Positions 19,446 through 28,779 of a stretch of 64,000 nucleotides of DNA are shown piece by piece. A program made the translations under genes and the position numbers. The first letter of the stretch is position 1; each line of letters opens with the position of its first letter. This DNA is from a bacterium. Lineage in GTDB: Bacteria; Auribacterota; UBA3054; JAPLST01. Where the stretch lies: contig JAOACZ010000128.1 of the NCBI GenBank assembly GCA_026417575.1, positions 5,127 through 69,126 of the forward strand. Reading direction: 5' to 3'. The notes below the pieces were generated by a model. That model ran no database searches. It was not told the origin of the DNA and saw only the letters and a program-made list of their open reading frames with translations.

Positions 19446-19974
19446 GTAGATCTTGCATCCAAAAAAAACGCGCAACGTCCCTACGGCGTGTCACCCATTA
19501 TCGACAGCAGCGCATAGGTCGAATGAGAAAAAGCACAGCGATGGGTATAACCTGACTGGCCGAAACGATCCGTAACGCAGCTGTATGTGTCGTTACGCGG
19601 GACTGATAATGGAGTAAGGATAAGGACAGTAAAAATCCTGCTAACACGTCCCTCCTGTCAGGGGCCTGGTACCATAGGCACGCAAAAGACCGTGCGACTG
19701 CATCGGGGTGCGCAACGTAAAAAGTTTAGCATGTGCTGCTCATTGTGTTCAGCAAGGGCGTAAAGAAACTGCTGCTACCGACCTCACAGGCAGCGCTCTA
19801 CAGCTATCAGGGGCTTTTACCGCTCCTACGGTACGTCATCGCCACACCAATTAGGCGCGGCAAAACAGTCCCGGTGGTCACGCCCCGGATTACCGCACTC
19901 GGCGCAGTTGATGCAGAGCGCTGAGTGTTTTTTCGCACAGTGTTTGCAATGGCCGCAACGTTCTGGATGAGCGG

Positions 19975-21810
19975 CTAGTCTGCTTTTGCTGGCTCCAAGC
20001 GTGCGGGGCTCAACTTGTAGAGGGGAACATGCGCTTTAGCAGTCTGCATGCTCTTTCGGCATACTGCGTGTCTCCGTTGGAACGTGCGCATGAGCAGAAG
20101 GCAAACGCCACAGAGGAGCACGTGACCCGGCTCGGGGATATCGCCCACAAACACAGCGCTCATCGGCCCCCAGTTGCCCAGAGCGTCTTGACCGCGCACA
20201 TATACCAGCGCCTCCGGTCCGCCCAACATCGTGCTGTCCACATAGCCCACGACAGGTTCATAGACTGAGTCAAATGCTCCATCGGCGGCACTCATGGGAA
20301 TTGGCACCACCTGGGGATGAGTGAATGGAAGCAAAGCGCACTCTGCAGCGGCGACGAGATTGCTTCCCGTGCCGCGCTCGTCAATCACGGCCGAAACAAC
20401 AACCATGTTGCTCGGCGTCGGGACGAGTTCGAGCGCCAGCGCATCAGGCCCGGCAACTAACATGTATGGCGCGCGGGCGATCTTCGCAGCATAGATGAGA
20501 GCGCCGCGATTGGTCGGCCACTGGTCAGCATCAATGGCACTGTATGCCGGCATGAACGAAGTGCCCACTTCGAAGGTAAAGGCTGGAATACCGAGCTCGC
20601 CGTAGGCCCAATCCGTGCTATCACCGCTGGTCGAGTAAAGCGACGTACTGCTTTGACCAGCGCGGTAGCGATTGTAGCGTGCGAACTTTAATCCGATGGC
20701 GCGGAGCTCATTTGCATTCGGCGCTGGCGCGGCTGTGTCGCCCCACGGCCACAGGACGTAACGGCCGTAACTATGCAGCGAGATCAATAACCCGGTGGTG
20801 TTACTCGGGGCAGGGTCAGTGAGCAAAGGACCGCGCTGATCGGGAATCAGATTAGTTACCAACGCTTGCAGGGCGGCCACTTCCGGCTCTGACGCAGGGG
20901 CTGTTCCGCAGTAGACAAGACTACACGGAGCGGTGCTAATGCCGACGGTGCCCCAATGAAATGAGTGGTTGCGATTAAGGTCAATCCCATACTGGGCCCA
21001 GTCATCGGGTGGCCATGCGCTACAGCGATCCTGATGGGCATTTTTACGCTGCATGAAGGGCGGGCCATTAAAAGGCGGCAGCGTGCCGAGCGAGACGAGC
21101 CAATGTGCTTCGGGATTAACTAGTGGCACAATCCATGTTTCTTGTTCGTTGACAAGCCACGTGGCGTCTGGATCGTGTCCGTAGCCTTCAAGGAGCCAGT
21201 GCGCGAAGCGGATGGCCAATTCGGGCGTGGTAATTTCACGGGCATGAATTGCGGCCATCAGGAAGAAAACGGGCTTGGGGCCCGGCGTGTTGGTGGCGGT
21301 GATGCACAGGGCAAGCAGGTCATGCAACTCTTGTGTTTGCCCGCCTGGCGTTACGGTGCCACCTACTGACTTACAGTAGGCGTCGCCGTAATCAACGAGC
21401 CGAGCTAGGTGAGGGTAGGCAGCTGTCAGCGCGTTCAGGTGAGCGACAATCTCCTGCGCGGTTTTGTAGGCACCGTAAAACTCCTGCGGTGCGAAGCCCG
21501 CCGGCCGGCGCATAAAACGCGCCTGCGGGTGGGTTAGCTCGGCACTGCGTTCAGCGTCAATGCTCACACGCCATCCTTCGGCTTCCAGTTGAGCCAGCGT
21601 GCGGGGAGAGGCCGTGACGAGGACGTATCCCTCCTCGCGATCATTGAATTCATGCACATCGTAGCGTGCCACCAGGTCCTGCAACGCCGCCTCGGTCGGA
21701 TAATAGACGCGCGCCACGTAGAGCGGGGGCAGCTGTACGAGTTCTTGCTGCGCTGCAGCGACGAAGACGTTCAGGAGTAGGGCATAACCGAGGGCAAGGG
21801 AACACCTCAT
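19975..21810 (-). CDS. Secreted M14-family zinc carboxypeptidase with PEP-CTERM-like C-terminal anchor
   Basis: 611 aa. Signal peptide MRCSLALGYALLLNVFVAAAQQ, zinc motif AAIHAREITTPE, and near the C-terminus IPEPGHVLLCGVCLLLMRTFQRR followed by 31 further residues. Confidence 0.8.
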   Translation of the reverse strand: MRCSLALGYALLLNVFVAAAQQELVQLPPLYVARVYYPTEAALQDLVARYDVHEFNDREEGYVLVTASPRTLAQLEAEGWRVSIDAERSAELTHPQARFMRRPAGFAPQEFYGAYKTAQEIVAHLNALTAAYPHLARLVDYGDAYCKSVGGTVTPGGQTQELHDLLALCITATNTPGPKPVFFLMAAIHAREITTPELAIRFAHWLLEGYGHDPDATWLVNEQETWIVPLVNPEAHWLVSLGTLPPFNGPPFMQRKNAHQDRCSAWPPDDWAQYGIDLNRNHSFHWGTVGISTAPCSLVYCGTAPASEPEVAALQALVTNLIPDQRGPLLTDPAPSNTTGLLISLHSYGRYVLWPWGDTAAPAPNANELRAIGLKFARYNRYRAGQSSTSLYSTSGDSTDWAYGELGIPAFTFEVGTSFMPAYSAIDADQWPTNRGALIYAAKIARAPYMLVAGPDALALELVPTPSNMVVVSAVIDERGTGSNLVAAAECALLPFTHPQVVPIPMSAADGAFDSVYEPVVGYVDSTMLGGPEALVYVRGQDALGNWGPMSAVFVGDIPEPGHVLLCGVCLLLMRTFQRRHAVCRKSMQTAKAHVPLYKLSPARLEPAKAD

Positions 21811-21816
21811 ACTCCT

Positions 21817-21825
21817 AGTATACCA
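21817..21825 (-). promoter_or_regulatory. Extended -10 element (TGgTATACT) placed for a leaderless M14 transcript
   Basis: Minus strand reads TGGTATACT-AGGAGT-ATG. The A of the start codon lies 7 nt after the -10 hexamer. The -35 is weak. Confidence 0.35.
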
Positions 21826-22000
21826 CTATTACGTGGTGAATTGTTAGCGCGAGAGCAGGGTGTACCGTGAGGCGTGGTTAGGCTGTGCGTGTGTGGAGGC
21901 GCTGAGCGCTAGGCTGGCGACACTGTTTGCAGCGGCGCGTGCGGAGGAGCCAAAAGCGCGTTTAGCCCTGGCGTAATGTTTCCGTCGAGCGGAAACGCGG

Positions 22001-22029
22001 TTGCACTTTTGAGAGACTTTGAGTATAAT
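22001..22029 (+). promoter_or_regulatory. sigma70-type promoter of pcrA
   Basis: TTGCAC (22001-22006), 17-nt spacer, TATAAT (22024-22029). It lies inside the 5' extension of the track ORF, which supports the start at 22057. Confidence 0.55.
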
Positions 22030-22056
22030 TTGCTAGTTGAAGATAGGTATACTGCA

Positions 22057-24282
22057 ATGAGCGCTAGGCATACCCGACAAGGAGGGAGCATCTCCGTGGG
22101 CGGCACGTCACGTGTTGTCGGGGTGGATTTTCGCGCGGCGCTGAATGAGGTGCAATATGAGGCAGTAACGCACGGGGAGACGCCGTTATTAGTTGTCGCC
22201 GGAGCGGGCAGTGGCAAGACGCGGATACTGACGTATCGTGCGGCTTACTTGGCGGCGCAAGGGGTGCCGCCGGAGCAGATCTTGGCCGTCACTTTTACGA
22301 ATAAGGCGGCGGATGAGATGGCACGGCGGGTACACCAGCTTGTGAATGCGCGTGTTCCTGTGTCAACGTTTCACTCGTTGTGCCTACGGATGTTGCGCGA
22401 GCAGAGTGCGCGGATTCCGTATAGGCCCAACTTCGTGGTGTACGATAAGAGTGACCAGCTTGCGCTGATCAAGGAATGCATGCGACGTGTGCATGTTTCG
22501 GAGAAACACGCCAAGCCGCGTGCGTTTGCGAATGCCATCAGTCGTGCGAAGGATCGTTTGCTTGATGCAGCCCAATTTGGCGCGACGGTAAAGAGCTATT
22601 TAGAGGAAGCGGTTGCGCTGGTGTACCGGGAGTATGAGCAGGCGTTGCAGCGGGCGAACGCGATGGATTTTGACGATTTGATCATGCAATGCGTGCGGTT
22701 GTTGGAGCGGGTACCGGAGGTAGCGCAGTATTATCAGCAACGTTACGCGCACGTACTTGTGGACGAATTTCAAGACACGAACTACGCGCAGTACGTGCTG
22801 ATGAAGATTCTTGTGGCACCGCATCGGCGAGTAAGTGCGGTGGGAGACCCGGACCAGTCTATTTACCGCTTTCGCGGGGCAGAGATCCGGAACATTCTTG
22901 ATTTCGAGCGTGACTTTCCCGAGGCGCGGGTGATCACGCTGGAACAGAATTACCGGAGCACGGCGACGATTCTTGCCGCGGCCAACCGGGTCATCGCGCA
23001 CAATGTGGAGCGCAAGGAAAAAAGACTGTGGACACAGAATCCGGCAGGTGTGCCGGTGCAAGTATACCGCGCAGCGGACGAACATGATGAGGCGCGCGAG
23101 GTGGCGGCGCGTATACAGGCATTGGAACGAAATGGTGCGATTCGTTCGCTGCGCGATGTGGTGGTGTTTTATCGTGTGCATGCGCTTTCGCGCGTGTTTG
23201 AGGAGGCGTTTCGGCACGCACGTTTGCCGTACGTGATTGTGGGGGATGTAAGCTTTTATCAGCGGCGCGAAATAAAGGACATTGTGGCCTATTTGCGCGT
23301 GCTGGTGAATCCTGCAGACGACGTAAATGTGCGGCGGGTGTTGAACGTGCCGCCACGGGGGATTGGGGAAGCGACGGAGGAGATGATTGCGGAATGTGCG
23401 CAAGCGCGAGGGTGCTGCTTTTACGCGATGTTGGAGCAACCGGAGCAGTTGCCGCGGATGACGCCGACGTTGCGGCGGCGGTTACAAGAATTCACGGGGA
23501 TGATCGCACGCCTGCGCGCGGCGCGCGGGGAGGCGTTGCCGACGGAGCTGATTCGGCGGGTGCTGGACGAGACGAACTACATCGCGCAGATGTGCGGCTC
23601 CGATGATGTGCAGGATGTGGCGCGGCGAGAGAATATTCAGGAATTTCTCTCTGCGGCTGCAGACTATGAGAATAGCTGTCCGGAAACGGTGGCATCGCTC
23701 GAGGGCTTTTTGCATTCGATTGCCCTCACGGCGGAAATTGACACCTGGAACGACAGCGCTGACGCGGTGACGTTGATGACGATTCACAATGCCAAGGGGC
23801 TAGAGTTTCCGGTTGTCTTCATGGCGGGGCTGGAAGAGGATTTATTTCCGCACTACAACTCGCTGGAAGATCCTACGGACATTGAGGAAGAGCGGCGGTT
23901 ATGTTACGTTGGCATGACACGTGCGCAGGAACGGCTGATTTTGACCACGGCGGCACATCGGACTATTTTTGGGCTGCGCAAGGTGCGTGAACCTTCGCGT
24001 TTTTTGAGGGAATTGCCGGCGGAGGACGTTGAAACGACGTACAGTACGCAGCATGAGTTGATCAGCGCGCCAGAACCGCGGGCGCGGGTGTCACGTGCCA
24101 CGCCTGGCACAAATGGCGAGTACACGGCGGGAATGCGTGTGATGCATCATGTGTTTGGTCCGGGGCGGATCGTGTCTGTATGCGGCTCGGGCGACGCGGC
24201 GCGCTTAACGATCGAGTTTGAGCGCCTGCCGACGCCGAAGGTGCTTGTGGCGCAGTACGCGAAATTGCGGGTGGTAAAATGA
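22057..24282 (+). CDS. pcrA: ATP-dependent DNA helicase PcrA/UvrD (SF1)
   Basis: AGAGSGKTRILTYR (Walker A), VLVDEFQDTN, NYRST, and the C-terminal GMRVMHHVFGPGRIVSV domain. Start moved to the ATG at 22057, downstream of the promoter. Confidence 0.85.
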   Translation: MSARHTRQGGSISVGGTSRVVGVDFRAALNEVQYEAVTHGETPLLVVAGAGSGKTRILTYRAAYLAAQGVPPEQILAVTFTNKAADEMARRVHQLVNARVPVSTFHSLCLRMLREQSARIPYRPNFVVYDKSDQLALIKECMRRVHVSEKHAKPRAFANAISRAKDRLLDAAQFGATVKSYLEEAVALVYREYEQALQRANAMDFDDLIMQCVRLLERVPEVAQYYQQRYAHVLVDEFQDTNYAQYVLMKILVAPHRRVSAVGDPDQSIYRFRGAEIRNILDFERDFPEARVITLEQNYRSTATILAAANRVIAHNVERKEKRLWTQNPAGVPVQVYRAADEHDEAREVAARIQALERNGAIRSLRDVVVFYRVHALSRVFEEAFRHARLPYVIVGDVSFYQRREIKDIVAYLRVLVNPADDVNVRRVLNVPPRGIGEATEEMIAECAQARGCCFYAMLEQPEQLPRMTPTLRRRLQEFTGMIARLRAARGEALPTELIRRVLDETNYIAQMCGSDDVQDVARRENIQEFLSAAADYENSCPETVASLEGFLHSIALTAEIDTWNDSADAVTLMTIHNAKGLEFPVVFMAGLEEDLFPHYNSLEDPTDIEEERRLCYVGMTRAQERLILTTAAHRTIFGLRKVREPSRFLRELPAEDVETTYSTQHELISAPEPRARVSRATPGTNGEYTAGMRVMHHVFGPGRIVSVCGSGDAARLTIEFERLPTPKVLVAQYAKLRVVK

Positions 24283-24317
24283 GGTTGGAGGGTGCGCGGG
24301 GACGCACCTAGGCTGCC

Positions 24318-25562
24318 ATGTGCATGCTATCCGCGAGCGATCATCGGGTGAGCATCCAACCGTGTGCGACGTATGAGCGCGGACAAGTATTGGCGGCGCT
24401 GCGGGCGTGCTTAGGGCCATGGGGCGGGATGGGGGCGTTTGTGCGGGCGGGACAGCGAGTGCTGGTAAAGCCGAATTTGCTCATGGGAATAACACCGGCG
24501 GCGGCAGCGACGACGCATCCGGCAGTGGTTGATGCGGTACTGACGCTCGTGCGCGAAGTGGGTGGCGAGCCGATGGTGGGCGATAGTCCTGGGATCGGCG
24601 TGTTGGAACAGGTGATTGGGCCGACAGGAGTACGGGAGGTGATAGAAGAGCACGGGGCGGAGGTAGCCGATTTTACGCGCGAACAGGTGTTTGTCTGCGA
24701 GGACAATCTGATTGGCAAGCGCATTGCGTTGGCACGAGCACTCGCCCAGGCTGATGTGTACATCACGGTACCGAAGCTGAAAACACACGTGCAGTTGGTC
24801 CTGACGTGTGCGATCAAGAACCAGTATGGATTGATTCCGGGTGCGCGCAAAGGTGAATATCACATGCGCTTGCGGGATCGTGACACGCTGGCGGAGCTAC
24901 TGATTGATATTAATCGGATCGCGAAGCCGGCGCTGGGCATTGTGGATGCGATCGAGGCAATGGAGGGGGATGGGCCGAGTGGGGGGACACCACGGCACGT
25001 GGGATTGCTGCTTGCCGGCGCGGACATGACGGCGCTGGACGTGGTGGCAAGTGAACTGATCGGGTTAGACCCGGCGCACGTACCGACGATTCAGGCGGCG
25101 CGGCGGCGCGGGTATGGGGCGACATCACGGGCAGTTATTCAGGTGATTGGGCCGTGCTTAGAGGAGGTGCGTCCGGCAAGTTTTCGCCATGTAGGGCATT
25201 TGAAGGATATCCAATCGATTGTACCGGTACCGAAGTTTCTGCTGGGGTGGATACGGCGGCATTGGGCGCCGCGGCCGCGGATTGTGGCAGAGGCATGCAT
25301 TCGATGTTTTGCGTGTCGGAATGGGTGCCCGGTGCGGCCGCCGGCGATTGATCCGGCGCGGCCGGTGCGGCAACAAGTGGACGACCGGACGTGTATTCGT
25401 TGTTATTGCTGTCATGAGTTTTGCCCGGCGCATGCGATCGTATTGAAGCGGACGTGGTTAGCGCGGGTGATTTCTTTTACGCGGGTATTGGATTGGGTGG
25501 CGCGGCATTTGGGGCGCGTCGTGCAGTTGGTGGTGCGCCTGCGAGGGCCGGCGCATGTCTAG
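24318..25562 (+). CDS. DUF362 domain protein with C-terminal 2x[4Fe-4S] ferredoxin motifs
   Basis: 414 aa with a DUF362-like N-terminus (VLVKPNLL...PKLKTH), then CIRCFACRNGCPV and CIRCYCCHEFCPAHAI. Confidence 0.7.
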   Translation: MCMLSASDHRVSIQPCATYERGQVLAALRACLGPWGGMGAFVRAGQRVLVKPNLLMGITPAAAATTHPAVVDAVLTLVREVGGEPMVGDSPGIGVLEQVIGPTGVREVIEEHGAEVADFTREQVFVCEDNLIGKRIALARALAQADVYITVPKLKTHVQLVLTCAIKNQYGLIPGARKGEYHMRLRDRDTLAELLIDINRIAKPALGIVDAIEAMEGDGPSGGTPRHVGLLLAGADMTALDVVASELIGLDPAHVPTIQAARRRGYGATSRAVIQVIGPCLEEVRPASFRHVGHLKDIQSIVPVPKFLLGWIRRHWAPRPRIVAEACIRCFACRNGCPVRPPAIDPARPVRQQVDDRTCIRCYCCHEFCPAHAIVLKRTWLARVISFTRVLDWVARHLGRVVQLVVRLRGPAHV

Positions 25563-25613
25563 AGTCGGACGGGTCGGACGAGCTGGTCGGAGGAGTAAGG
25601 CGCACGTTGGGCT

Positions 25614-26618
25614 ATGAGGAGTGGGCGTGGCTGGGTGGTTGTGCGGTGTGGGGTGTACGTAGCTGTGGCGGGGTACGCGATGAGCTTGCTTGTGCGCATG
25701 CCTGGGGAGAGTTGGCGGCGGCCGCTTCCGCCGCTGACTGAGGTGCACGCTGCGCTGGCAGAAGCTCTGCATCGTGATGTGACTTATCTGGCTGGGGAAC
25801 TCGGGCCACGGCATGTGTGGCGACCGGAATATCTTGCAGCAGCACGTTCGTTTATCTCGGCGGCATTGAGCAACGCTGGGTTGATGGTGGCTCACTATGA
25901 CTATGTCGTGGTGTCAGTGACCTGCACGATTATTGAAGCCACGTTGCTTGGGCATAGGCGTCCAGAAGAGATCGTTGTAGTGGGGGCGCATTATGACACA
26001 ATCGAGGGAACACCTGGTGCGGATGATAATGCCTCAGGCGTAGCAGCATTGCTGGCGCTGGGTCGTTTGCTGGCATCACATCAGCCAGCGCGCACGATTC
26101 GGTTTGTGGCGTTTCCAAATGAAGAGCCGCCCTTTTTTCAAACCCGCGAGATGGGGAGCAGAGTGTACGCGGCACTGTGCCGGGGACGGGGCGACAGAAT
26201 ACAAGCCATGCTGGCACTTGAGATGCTGGGCTACTACAGCGAGAAGGAAGGTTCACAGGGATTTCCGCCGCTGTTGGGGCCATTCTTGCGTCCGTGGTAC
26301 CCATCGCGGGGAAATTTTGTCGGGTTTGTAAGCAATCTTCGCTCGCTGTGGCTGCTACGGCGCGTGGTGGGAACGTTTCGCCGTGCGGCAGAGATGCCTG
26401 CAGAAGGCGCGGTCTTACCAACGGTGCTAAGTGGCTTGTCCGACAACTGGTCGTTTTGGCAAGAAGGGTATCCCGCAGTGATGGTGACCGACACGGCTAT
26501 GTTTCGTAACCCTCACTATCACTTGGCGAGCGATCTTCCTGAGACGTTGGATTACGAACGTATGGCACGAGTGGTCGGCGGTTTAGAAGTGGTGGTCCGT
26601 GCGTTAGCCAACGAGTAG
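25614..26618 (+). CDS. M28-family metallopeptidase
   Basis: GAHYDTIEGTPGADDNASGVAALLALGRLLA and FVAFPNEEPPF. The exact start is uncertain; an alternative Met lies at residue 23. Confidence 0.75.
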   Translation: MRSGRGWVVVRCGVYVAVAGYAMSLLVRMPGESWRRPLPPLTEVHAALAEALHRDVTYLAGELGPRHVWRPEYLAAARSFISAALSNAGLMVAHYDYVVVSVTCTIIEATLLGHRRPEEIVVVGAHYDTIEGTPGADDNASGVAALLALGRLLASHQPARTIRFVAFPNEEPPFFQTREMGSRVYAALCRGRGDRIQAMLALEMLGYYSEKEGSQGFPPLLGPFLRPWYPSRGNFVGFVSNLRSLWLLRRVVGTFRRAAEMPAEGAVLPTVLSGLSDNWSFWQEGYPAVMVTDTAMFRNPHYHLASDLPETLDYERMARVVGGLEVVVRALANE

Positions 26619-26772
26619 GGTGGATGTGCCGCTATCGCATGGTGGGAGGGCGCGCGCAAACACTTGGGCGGGAGGGGACCGAACCGAGAAAATGTTATAC
26701 TAGGTGTGGGCGCAACATAAGCCCAAGGCACGCTCTTGTCCTACCGTTGTGTCACACACTCAAGGATCTGCC

Positions 26773-28779
26773 ATGAAAATGCAGCTTTTGCGGTGGTTGC
26801 GAGATGCTTCTCTCTGTGGCGTCGCGTTGGTCTTCTGCTTTATCCTCAACGATAATAGCCTTGCGGCGCCAGTGAGCACGCCGCAGGCGTATACAGCTGC
26901 GCTGAGCTTTGTGTGCCTGCGTTTTCCGGCACGGCCCGGGGCGGCGGTGCGCAGTATCACGGCACGAGGGCGTTCGGCCCTGGGGATTGCACGAGTGGGG
27001 CGCATGCGGGGTTCTGGGGGGCGCACGATCGCGTTTCTCGCGCAGTTGACACCGCGAGGTTTTGTCCTTTTGCGTGCGGATGACGAGCTCCCTCCGCTCA
27101 AGCTGTACAGCGACACGACGATGTTTGAGAATCTGCCTGGATGGGCGCGGAGGGTGGTGGCCGAGGAGTTAGAGGAGGAGCTCCTGGAACTTTTGCGACG
27201 ACGGACCGGGGGCGTGGTGCGGGTGCGCTCATTTACTGGCGCGTGGCAGGCGTTAGCTGGGAACGCGGGGGAGAACGGGGCTCATGGTACTGAGGAGTGG
27301 GTGGGGGCAGCGGCGGTGGGGCCGTTGTTATCGACGGCGTGGGATCAAGGTGACCCGTACAACCTGCACATGCCAACGGTAAGTGGGGCACCGAGTGGCT
27401 ATGGTGGTCGTGCGCCGGCGGGGTGCGGAGCGATCGCGTTAGCACAAATTTTGCGTTATCATACGAAACCCGCCCAGATTGCGAGTGACGAGACGTACAC
27501 AGACAATAATGGCTCGTGTCGCGGCACGCATTCGGCGAGCAAGGCTGGCCTGACACCGTATGATTGGGCGAATATGCCTGCAAGCGTGACATCGGGAAGT
27601 TCTGCGGTGCAGAAGAACGCGGTGGCGCAGCTGATTTGGCATTGTGCCGTTGCCCTGCATATGGACTTTGAAGCGAACGGGAGCGGGTCGTCGACCAGCG
27701 CGGCGGTGAGTGCCTTACGTACACTTTTTGGTTACACGTGCGACAACTACGTGACCCGTAGTGGGTTCAGTGATAGCGCATGGTTTGCCAAACTGAGCAA
27801 CGATATCAACGCGGCCAAACCGGTAGAGTATGTAATTACCTCGAGTGAGGGTGGTCACATGGTAGTGTGTGATGGGGTGACAGGGACGAGTCAGATTCAC
27901 CTCAATTTTGGGTGGGGAACGTTTTTGCCTGGCGCGACCGCGTGGTACGATTTGAACAGTATCGTCGCGGGCGGCTCGACGTGGACGACGCATGGTGCGA
28001 TTTTCAACATTACGCCGCCGACGAGCGGCACAGCGCCGACGGTTACGGCTTTTAGCATCAACAATGGGGCGGCATCTACGTCCACGCGTACGGTAAGCTT
28101 GAACAATACGTGTAGCGGATCGCCGACAGAGTATATGGCAAGTGAGAGCAGCAGTTTTTCTGGGGCGAGCTGGCTGCCGTACAGTCCAGCGCCCAGTTTC
28201 ACGCTGAGCAGCGGCAATGGGACGAAAACGGTGTACTTTAAGGTACGAAATTCATTTGGCACGTCGAGTGCGGCGGCGGACACGATTACGCTCAATGAGA
28301 GCAGCTATCCGCCTCTGGTGGTTTTGCGGATGCGGGAGAAGATCAATTGGGCCAAAGGGGGTGTGGGGTCGGGGGTGGTAAGCGTGGCGGTGCCGACAGC
28401 TTTGACGAGTTTGGCGTCCTTTCTCCCGTCGTACAGTGAGGTCATGCGCATTTCTGCGGATGGCACGCAGTGGTTGCTCTGCCCGAGCGGTGAGTTTATC
28501 AAGGCTGATAAAAACTACACCAAGTTAGTGTACTTTTCAAAGAGTGGCGCGTCGTTCCGTAAGACGGTAATGCGCCTCGCTGGGGGGTATTTGTTCATTA
28601 CGCGGACGCATGCGAATGCACTGAACCGCGAGTTTGGGTATCAGGTTACTTCAGCGGGGACGGCGGGGTGGCAACAAAAGACCGTGTATGTACGCGTGAA
28701 TTTCAGTGGTGTACAGGGGGAAGGTACGCACACGATTACGTATAAGACCGTAGACGGCCTGGTTACCACAATTAAGTGA
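26773..28779 (+). CDS. Secreted C10-family (streptopain-like) cysteine peptidase with N-terminal pro/inhibitor-like region and C-terminal extension
   Basis: Start revised to MKMQLLRWLRDASLCGVALVF. Contains WDQGDPYN...APAGCGAIALAQILRYH (catalytic Cys context) and later HMVVCDG. About 230 aa of extra C-terminal sequence. Confidence 0.7.
   Translation: MKMQLLRWLRDASLCGVALVFCFILNDNSLAAPVSTPQAYTAALSFVCLRFPARPGAAVRSITARGRSALGIARVGRMRGSGGRTIAFLAQLTPRGFVLLRADDELPPLKLYSDTTMFENLPGWARRVVAEELEEELLELLRRRTGGVVRVRSFTGAWQALAGNAGENGAHGTEEWVGAAAVGPLLSTAWDQGDPYNLHMPTVSGAPSGYGGRAPAGCGAIALAQILRYHTKPAQIASDETYTDNNGSCRGTHSASKAGLTPYDWANMPASVTSGSSAVQKNAVAQLIWHCAVALHMDFEANGSGSSTSAAVSALRTLFGYTCDNYVTRSGFSDSAWFAKLSNDINAAKPVEYVITSSEGGHMVVCDGVTGTSQIHLNFGWGTFLPGATAWYDLNSIVAGGSTWTTHGAIFNITPPTSGTAPTVTAFSINNGAASTSTRTVSLNNTCSGSPTEYMASESSSFSGASWLPYSPAPSFTLSSGNGTKTVYFKVRNSFGTSSAAADTITLNESSYPPLVVLRMREKINWAKGGVGSGVVSVAVPTALTSLASFLPSYSEVMRISADGTQWLLCPSGEFIKADKNYTKLVYFSKSGASFRKTVMRLAGGYLFITRTHANALNREFGYQVTSAGTAGWQQKTVYVRVNFSGVQGEGTHTITYKTVDGLVTTIK

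Noticed and set aside
21811-22056. A replication origin at the divergent M14/pcrA gap, where gene orientation switches from minus to plus.
   Set aside because: The gap is not AT-rich, shows only one partial DnaA-box-like TGTGGA, and has no dnaA or dnaN nearby. Orientation flips back at 40.5 kb. I could not compute GC skew.
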